From: Tubiluchus corallicola
Taxonomy: Eukaryota; Animalia; Priapulida
Reading direction: 5' to 3'
NCBI GenBank assembly: GCA_030141605.1
Contig: JAQGDQ010001579.1
Coordinates: forward strand, 1 to 33,943
DNA: 33,943 nt
Shown: piece by piece, positions 25,178 to 33,943 of the stretch
How the letters are laid out: each line of letters opens with the position of its first letter
Position numbering within the stretch: position 1 is the first letter of the stretch
Made by a program: the position numbers and the translations under genes
Notes under the pieces: model-generated
Told to the model about the DNA's origin: nothing
The model's input: only the letters and a program-made list of their open reading frames with translations
Databases searched by the model: none

Positions 25178-26149
25178 TCCCCCCTCTCTCTCCACCTCTC
25201 TCTCTCCCGCCCTTTTCCTTCTCACGTTTTTTCTCTCTTCTCTCCCCTATTATTTGCCTTCTGAAGCCATTTTCTTCTCTACCCAGTGGCTTCTTTTGTT
25301 TCCTTTTTGTATAATAACAAGCCTCTACGTTGACTCACCATCTCAAACCTTCAAAAGCTGATTGCATCTGTGTGTTTCTCTCTCTTCGTCTCTCCTTTCT
25401 GACCCCATCTTTTTTCACCAGGATAATACAATTAAATAGCCTATTTATCAGTCTCCCGGCAGCTGCGCCAAGCCTGCAAGTCTCGATAAGCAAATCTTGC
25501 ACTGAAAGTTATTAATTTTTATTAGCGGTTTGCATCTTTCGTAGGCAGGACACAATTCAAGCATATGTTGCTGCTCCCAGACCACGCATGCCTAGGGGCA
25601 CTCGAGGCCATACTACCCTATTATTATTATTATTCATTGTTGATTTCATCGGCGCGTCTTTGTTTTCGAGAAGTCTCAAGATGGCAATGATATTTATATT
25701 ATACGCGGTTTTTATTGCCTCGCGTTCGTCTTATCGTTAAAATGCAGGCTTTCTTGAGTGCTTTATGGTTGGCCCTTTATACCTTCCGTAGATTTGCATA
25801 CTTATTTAAGTCGTAAAACCTGCTCCTGGAAACCTCCACACTTCATCGCGGCCTCTTCTTCACTGTAATCCTGTGCTGTTTTGTGTGTAATTTGCGACCT
25901 GAGTTCGATTCTGACATTGTACTGTATTTTCGAATTATCTTGACGCTTTTTTACATACATTGCCCAAAAACATGGCTAGCCCCCGAACGGGGTTACAGTA
26001 AAAAAAAGGTGAAAATGCGCCCAGAAAGTAGAATTCTTGCAACCAAATTTTCTAATAATAGGTGGCGTCTGCGACGTTCTTCTCCAAGCATTTACTGAAG
26101 AAAAAGATGAGGTCATACAGAAGAGAGTGAGAGAGAGAGACAGACAGAG

Positions 26150-26187
<38 letters not shown>

Positions 26188-26425
26188 AGAGAGAGAGATA
26201 GGGAGAGACAGAGAGAGAGACAGACAGACAGACAGAGATGCATTCAGCAGTCAATGGCTTGAGATGTTGAACATTGTGCCGGCTTGTTGTTATAGAAAAG
26301 AAGAAAGGAAAAAACGCAGGGTGGAAAAGAAAATGGCTTTAGATAAAGCAGAAAAGGGAGGGGAGAGAGGGAGGGAAGGAGACAGAGAGGGAGAGAGAGT
26401 GAGAGAGAGACAGAAGTTATTAAGG
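25060..26425. repeat. Diverged convergent inverted repeat containing (CT)n/(GA)n tracts and collinear motif blocks
   Basis: Five non-microsatellite blocks in 25264-25421 match the reverse complement of blocks in 26095-26339 in order and spacing. Confidence 0.75.
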
Positions 26426-27115
26426 AAACACCTTTTTGTTTTTTAAAAAATTCCACAAGTAAGAGACCCGAGGGAAAATACGAGACCCTGCAGAATACGA
26501 GAACTAGAATCAAGCTGTCTGCTTGCATTGAATTCACGCACGAATTTAGATGCACTTTCGGCAAATTTTAAAAGCAAAAATAGCCTGTTGTATATGATCT
26601 TTTAACCTGTCCTACACATACGTCTTGGATACATGGCACATATGACGTACAGAATATAAAATCACATTATGAGGTAATATTATTTTGCTTATTCAGCTGC
26701 TTACAGACATTTTGTTTCCCATCATGCCTAGCGCTGGAGGGCGAATTTTTAGCAATTTTTCCAGTACATTCCCAATTGGATTTCGTGTACACTTGGCTGA
26801 ACTCGAGCCCCATAGATTAGATAATATTTGCTATCATCTCGTTGTTTGTGATTTGTCTCTCTTTCTCTACGCCGCATTAGGTTCACATCTGTACAGTTTC
26901 TGCCCCGTGCTCTCTGCTCGGCTAACGAAGTTTGACAGCTTCACAAATAAGAGCAGGATTTCGTATCATTCCGTCCATGTGTGGGAACTGAAGCGAATTT
27001 CATGCTCAAACAACGTTACAGTGGCTTGTTTGACTAATAAAGAGCTGTTGTCTGGACGCACAAAACAAATTCGGGTTCAGTTTTTTGCCCAGGGGTGGAG
27101 GGAATCTACATTATT

Positions 27116-27800
27116 GGTCACCTAGGTCAAAGGTCAAAAGTTGTGTCGTCTCCTTAGCTTATAAGCTTAACTTATAAACTTGGAAGCTTATAACGATAGA
27201 AAAAGTTTGATTTGAGAATTAAAGTGTTGATCCTAGCCTCACTGGATCTTGATGTCAGAAACTCCTTTGACCTCAGTATTCGAAAACATTGACCTTGACC
27301 CTGCTGTCAGTTATATCACGTGATCTCTGAATTGGCAAAATTTAAATCTCGTCCTTATTGTCAGAGATATGTGCTGCTATCACATCACCTCAGAATTGGA
27401 GGACGTTGACCTTAACCCAAGCGTCAGAGACTTAGTAAGTACTTTCAGTTGACCTGAAAATTGGAATACATTGACCTTGACCCTGGTGTCAGAGATTCCA
27501 TAAGTAATATCACGTGATCACTGAATTGGCAAAATTTAAATCTCGTCCTTATTGGCAGAGATATGTGCTGTTGTCACATCACCTCAGAAATGGAAAACAT
27601 TGACCTTGCCCCCAGCGCCAGAGACTTAGTAAGTAGTTTCAGTTGAACTGAAAATTGGAGCACACTGACCTTGACCCTAGCGCCAGGGATGTGATAAGTA
27701 CTCTCACTTGACCTGAGAATTGAAAACATTGACCTTGACTTTACTGTCTGAGAGTCTATGTCCTCTCACGTGATTTGCACTTCCATGACCTTCAGTGACC
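27116..27800. repeat. Degenerate ~60-bp tandem array rich in TTGACCTTGACC with a ~185-195-bp higher-order period
   Basis: CATTGACCTTGACCC..GTCAG recurs; a block at 27317 is near-identical to 27511. Confidence 0.8.
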
Positions 27801-28644
27801 TTTTCCGTAAGATTTTGCTATGAATGCTTCAGAATAGCATTGATTTCGCCCCTTCAGAAAAATTTCCTTCCTCCTCCTCTCAGATGCGCCTCTTTTTACG
27901 GATCTCTCGACTGCAGTTAAATGAGGGCTGGAGCGAAAAGGACACCGCTCGCAGCGTTTTAAAGGATGCGCGAATTTGCATTGTGCGCACGAAATGAATT
28001 TCTGCTCGGAACATTTTGTTTGCTTACCCACAAGACACATTGTGGTCTCTTCGGCGTGACTGTTTGTATTAGATTTTGTTAGTTATCAGCCTCCGGTTAC
28101 CTAGCGACGCATCATTTCTCTCCGAACAATGCCCATAGCGTAAGCGTTGAGTATTATTATTCATGCCTGGGCGTAATGATTGTTATTATTATTATACCTG
28201 CGACCCAGTTATAACAGTTCTGTAGTCAACTGTTTATTATGGCCCTTAGCTAGTGATTAAAACTTTCGAAACTTATACTTTCTGCAGTTCCAGAACGTGA
28301 AATTTATGCACCAATTACGCGCGATAATGTCAGGTTTAAGAGTTCTATAGATTTTACTTATGGAAAGAAGAGTTCTGTTATTGCCCGCTGTAGTAAAACA
28401 ATAATTACACTTCTAGCTGAGTGTGTAATAAAAAGTAAAATTAGTTTCATTGTGACCCAATTAATGGTATGAATAAGAAATATGCTCATAAATTATACAA
28501 ATTTATTACGTATATTCGTTCTGCTAAATAATTTTGCAATTTCCTAACGAGATGTTTTGTCATGAACCGATATATCTTAATTTTTACAGTACAATGTCCA
28601 TTGAATTATTATGTCTATTGGGCTAATAAAAATAAAGGTTTTAC

Positions 28645-28806
28645 ATGTCAAATGTAGAGCTAGGTTAACTCAAATGTAAATTTAGGTAATTCAAATGTGT
28701 TAGCAATGATTTTCAAGAAATCTTAAGCATTTTTGGTAAGTCAAATGTAGACACATGTCAAGTCAAATGTGACATTGGTATCTCAAATGTGGATAGGTGT
28801 CAAAAT
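28645..28806. repeat. Degenerate ~21-bp TCAAATGT minisatellite
   Basis: TCAAATGT recurs six times at roughly 21-bp spacing, in two groups. Confidence 0.65.
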
Positions 28807-29679
28807 AATAACTTTATAAGTTTACTAATAGTTCACTAATATTCTGTAAACTTTACATACCATTGGAACTGTTAGAGAAAACAATGCATTCTTAAAATAA
28901 ACAATGTTTCTTGAGAGAAACTAATTCACTCTTGCAGTGCTAATGCATTACTTAAAAAACTAATTAGTGATTCACTGTTCATTGGGAACCGATTTATTCT
29001 TTTCTACCGACGTTATGGTTTATCAAAGAATTTAGTTTGAGGATAAACAACGCATTTTTCAAAGTTATTAAAGAGGTGATGACTATCTTTGGTTTATCTT
29101 TTTGTAATTTGCACTTAAACAGATGGTCTCGCAGACCATTTTTGGCTAAATCGACGTAAAAATTGGTCACTTCCGGTTCTCAACTCCGAGGTTTGATTTA
29201 ATCAAATTCTCGTTCAGCTTCCAATTCATGCATTTATTCAGTTTCCTGTAGTGCCCGCCGAGTGGCGTGATTAGGTTAGCGGATATGACAAAGTTGTCGG
29301 CGAAGATTTCCATTGGTTTTCTGGCCAACAATAGCTTGCAAATTGTATTTGTCGCTTCCCGGTTCGACGAGGAAACCTTGTTATCGTGGAATCGTGAGAC
29401 CGTTGCAATTTCTCGTGATTAATTAGTCATTTAGTTAGTCTGTATCTGATCAACCGAAATACTTGAGTCTGGCTTTTTCGCGTGTTTCACAATCAATTTT
29501 CAATGTGCAGCTTACAGTTGAACAATGTGTAATTTTAACAGCAAGAACTTGTGTACTGCTGCTGTAGGTCTAGCTGCTTAGTTTACTTGTATAGATGTGT
29601 ATGTGTACTGCTGTTGTATAGTATGTACTGATACTATGTAGTATACTTATATGTATAATACATATATTGTATTATGTAT

Positions 29680-30157
29680 ATGTATATATTATATTATATT
29701 ATATTATATTATATTATATTATATTATATTATATTACATTACATTACATTACATTACATTACATTACATTACATTACATTACATTACACTACACTACACT
29801 ACACTACACTACACTACACTACACTACACTACACTACACTACACTACACTACACTACACTACACTACACTACATTACATTACATTATTTTGTGTTGTGTT
29901 GTGCTGTGCTGTGCTGTGTTGTGTTGTGTTGTGTTGTGTTGTGTTGTGTTGTGTTGTGTTGTGTTGTATTGTATTGTATTGTATTGTATTGTATTGTATT
30001 GTATTGTGTTGTGCTGTGTTGTACTGTGTTGTATTGCATTGTATTGTATTGTATTGTGTTGTGTTGTGTTGTGTTGCGTTGCGTTGCGTTGCGTTGCGTT
30101 GTATCGTATCGTATCGTATCGTATCATGTCATATCATATCACATCATATTATATTAT
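29680..30157. repeat. Compound pentanucleotide microsatellite
   Basis: (ATATT)n>(ACATT)n>(ACACT)n>(GTGTT/GTGCT)n>(GTATT)n>(GCGTT)n>(GTATC)n>(ATATC)n in one 5-bp register. Confidence 0.97.
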
Positions 30158-30755
30158 GTACTGTGTACCATACTTGAGGAATTTAAGGTATTTTTGTTAC
30201 ATGGCTTGCACTTTTAATGAAAGCATTTAAATCTCAAACTGATTTAAACCGAGACAAGTACTCACAAAAACAAACCATTTACCGCATGATAAATGCCCCA
30301 ATGTTCACAATGCGTCTAATCCAGCCTGCATGATTAGTCGCATCACGCTTCCCAGGTGCCTGGCAACCTTTAGCCCTTTGCGTTTGGCGAAAGTGTTAAA
30401 TATTGCTCGCAGCGCGTCAAAAGCGGCGACAGAGATGAATTCTGGCACCTACAAAGTCGGTTTTTCATTCGATTGCTGACAATTTACAGCAGCCTGCATA
30501 GTTGCGTTGTCACGTGTCGTGTTATTTACTGCGGAGACAAGCCGTTATGTCGGGGTTGCAATAATTTTAGCGGTGAAATCGAGCGAGATGTTTATAATGA
30601 ACGAAGTTTTTCAGATGTATAGAAGTCAGTTTGTAGATGTTGAAATTCGTCGCTTTGTAGGCAAAAAGGCAGTTTTATTGACCGCCGTCTGACTGAACAA
30701 GAAGATATTGGCGTCTTGTTGCTTCGCGTCATGTTGCACTAATTAGTTTTAATTG

Positions 30756-31092
30756 TAGTCAAAAACAACACAACTTTATTAAGACTTACATTAAAAAGTT
30801 GAAATCATGCCATACGTTTCGACACGCTGTTGCTGTCATCATCAGTGGTAAATTTACAAACATACGATGAGTAAATTTACCACTGATGATGACAGCAGCA
30901 TCCTGTCGAATCGTTTGGCACGATTTTAACTTTTTAGAATAATACAACTTTATTAAAACTTTTACATTAAAAAGTTAAAATCATCCCAAACGTTTCGACA
31001 GGCTGCTGCTGTCATCAGTGGTAAATTTACAAACATATCACCAGTTTGTATTTGTAAATTTGTAAAGTGTGCTTGTCAATTTACCACTGATG
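30756..31092. mobile_element. Penelope-like element pseudo-LTR fragments in alternating orientation
   Basis: Copies A (-, 30756-30862), B (+, 30871-30936), C (-, 30944-31036), D fragment (+, 31078-31092); hammerhead-like core followed by AATAAAGTTG on A and C. Confidence 0.7.
30810..30848 (-). ncRNA. Minimal type I hammerhead ribozyme motif
   Basis: CCA-CUGAUGA-U-GACA(gcaacagcg)UGUC-GAAAC-GUA-UGG: core boxes, stem II, palindromic ACGU stem III, short CCA/UGG stem I. Confidence 0.65.
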
Positions 31093-31227
31093 CATCACAT
31101 CAGTAAAATTGTCCTTCATCACTGTTATTCTTGCCATTGTAGCTTCCGTTTATGTTACCTGCCTTTTTACGCAATCAAATTCGGTAATGATCTGCAAATG
31201 CTTAAGTCTTAAAAGCCCTACTGTTAA

Positions 31228-31686
31228 CCCTTTCAGTCCCAAATTATTTTTTTAATAAGAAAAAATTTCTTGGCTTGGTACTTTTGTTCAGTATGTCCAT
31301 CTTGTTTACACATAATAATTTTTTTCTGCCTGTGCCCGCGTGCTAAATATAGCCTGTATCCCACGGGATACATTGGGATTCAATGGGAGCATAAAATGTG
31401 CTTCATTTTGCAACTGCTGATAATTTTTCAAAGTATTTAAGACATTTAGTATGTGTGCTATGCTGATCTATACAAAGTCGTCTCTAAAGTACTGTACCTT
31501 GCGCAGTTTTTTATGCTATGTAGATTTTTTTTAATTTGGCATTTTATCACTATTTTTAGTCTCCTGTTATTGGCTTAAATCAAAATAACTATTAGCAGAT
31601 CAAATAACTGTCAGTTTTAAAATTTTATTAATTTTAAAGGCAGAAAATATTCTCGTATCCCACGGGATACAACAGGTATGAAAGGG
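31228..31686. mobile_element. Second piggyBac-type MITE family
   Basis: TTAA at 31224-27 and 31687-90; TIR CCCTTTCAGTCC / GGTATGAAAGGG; internal palindrome GTATCCCACGGGATAC at 31356 and 31655. Confidence 0.8.
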
Positions 31687-32152
31687 TTAAAGGATGGCTG
31701 CGGAGATAATGCCAGTATACGTGCACAGATATTGCATGTTCCTGTTAAGCTAATCCGCCCCCTCTAGTGGTGAAAATCCTGCAATCTTATCCAACTCTCA
31801 ACGCAACTCTACAAGACAAAGCTCTTCGTTAATTATCCTTCACAAAAACTTTCAGAAATAGACCAGCCCGGTGAGAGAAGTTCGGAGAGTTGCAAGGATG
31901 ATGCTTTCAGGCACAAAGGGCTGTTGGATTCCTACCACCAGGGTTCGCTGTAAGCAGAAGCGACCAATGGGAAGTGGCACAAAAGACTGTTTAGGCTGGC
32001 ACACTCCCCGGGGTGTTAGGGAGGCGATTATAACCTCTCTGGGCAGGTGGACAAAATTAACATTTAGTTTGATTTCAAGCAGTACGTACTCAGCTTGATG
32101 GTGTTTAGTTGCAGATATGTCTTGTGTCACCTTGCCATATAAGTTTTTCTCT

Positions 32153-32467
32153 GTCAGCTGTTGAGGGTACCAACGTGTGAGCTACAACACATCTGCGAAC
32201 CTCACGGTAATGGATAGATGGTACTTCGTGGGGTGAAAAAGTGTTAACAACAGACAGATGTACACTTTGGGTGAATTGATCCTGGCACTTTGACTCACCT
32301 TTGGGGGGTAACACGGTCAGCTGCTGAGGGTACCAATGCGTGAGCTACAACACATTTGCGAACCTCGCGGTAATGGATAGATGGTACTTCGTGGGGTGAA
32401 AAAGTGTTAACAACAGGCAGGTGTACGCTTTGATTCTGACACTTTAAGTCACCTTTGGGCTAACACG
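32153..32467. repeat. ~164-bp tandem duplication
   Basis: GTCAGCTGyTGAGGGTACCAA at 32153 and 32317. Confidence 0.9.
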
Positions 32468-32650
32468 TCATCTGCATTAACAAATTTACTATGTTCGCTT
32501 GCTGTAATATTGTTTCTTTGTGACGAAAGTTGCCATAACTGCGAGTCAATAATATTCAATCATTTTTGTTTAGAAAAATCAAACTTGCATTAAATGTTTT
32601 TACTTCAAAATATCGCCTTTGGTTTATGTGTAGCTTAAGCGGCACAACGT

Positions 32651-32743
32651 TTAATTTCCTAGTAAGGTTCTTATATATAAATTAAACAGAAGTGGGCTCA
32701 GAGGTGCTCCCTGAGGCACACCCTGCTCACAGCTGCCTCTACT
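32651..32743 (-). pseudogene. Isolated non-LTR reverse transcriptase motif relic
   Basis: Minus frame SRGSCEQGVPQGAPLSPLLFNLYIRTLLGN*, a near-canonical GVPQGxxLSPLLFNLYI motif; too short for the ORF track. Confidence 0.75.
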
Positions 32744-33399
32744 TTACATTCTCGCGCGCGTGCAATTCGACTTACAAATTCTCTTCTCAATCGCTTCGTT
32801 TGGTAATTTTTCGAAGAAAGGCTTGTTAAATTAATCAATAAGAAAGAGAACCCTGATTGCTTGCGAAGCCAAACAATGGGACGCGAGTTGCACGTTGAAT
32901 AGGTGGACGGAAAGTCATGGAATCAATTCTGCAGCATGGCTTCTCGTTTTGCATGCCGTGTTCAGACGATGCTAAGCTGTGAGATTCATCACCATTATTG
33001 CTGTCCTGTCTTATTTTATTAATCACGTTGTGTCTCCTAGAGGTGCACAGTCATGTGTGAACTCATGCTTTGTTGAGTCAGAGAGGAAATATGCGTCCTC
33101 CTAAGATTTGCTGCGTGTCAAAAAGATTTTGTATGACAAATTTTCCTCTTTGTGCTGCGGCAGGAGAATCGTTTTGCTTTAAAAAGCCTGTGTCTTTTTG
33201 TCTTTCTTATTAGATCTATTTGGTGCTGGATCGGTCGCTGATTGGCTAGTTGGTCATTCAATTAGTTTGCCGGTCAGTTGGTCAAGCTGTTGTTTACGCT
33301 TGATATTTATTATTTTTTGCAAAAAACTTATGCACTGTCACACGCTCGGCTCTTCAGTGTTGCTTTTATAGCTTTTACGTCTTACTATAATAAATAATT

Positions 33400-33943
<544 letters not shown>

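Noticed and set aside
31852-32130. Overlapping ORFs on both strands
   Set aside because: Non-ATG starts, an internal short repeat, no recognisable domain.

Overview
AT-rich eukaryotic (metazoan, probably invertebrate) non-coding DNA, either intergenic or deep intronic. I cannot support any intact host protein-coding gene; almost all long ORFs in the track are translations of micro- or minisatellites. The window is a mosaic of: 5'-truncated non-LTR retrotransposon (L2/CR1-group) 3' ends, nearly all on the minus strand; two isolated RT-motif relics; tRNA-derived SINE-like heads; non-autonomous DNA transposons (two piggyBac-type MITEs with TTAA, one hAT MITE with 8-bp TSD, Tc1/mariner pogo/Tigger-type MITEs with TA); and many tandem repeats with units of 5-280 bp. 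The most notable structures are (1) a cluster of Penelope-type pseudo-LTR fragments carrying minimal hammerhead-ribozyme cores in alternating orientation (30756-31092), and (2) a diverged, convergent pair of cassettes (about 25060-25421 and 26095-26425) whose motif blocks and spacing are conserved and whose similarity stops exactly at a branch-point/polypyrimidine/CAG signal. All calls come from reading the sequence by eye; no searches or folding programs were run.
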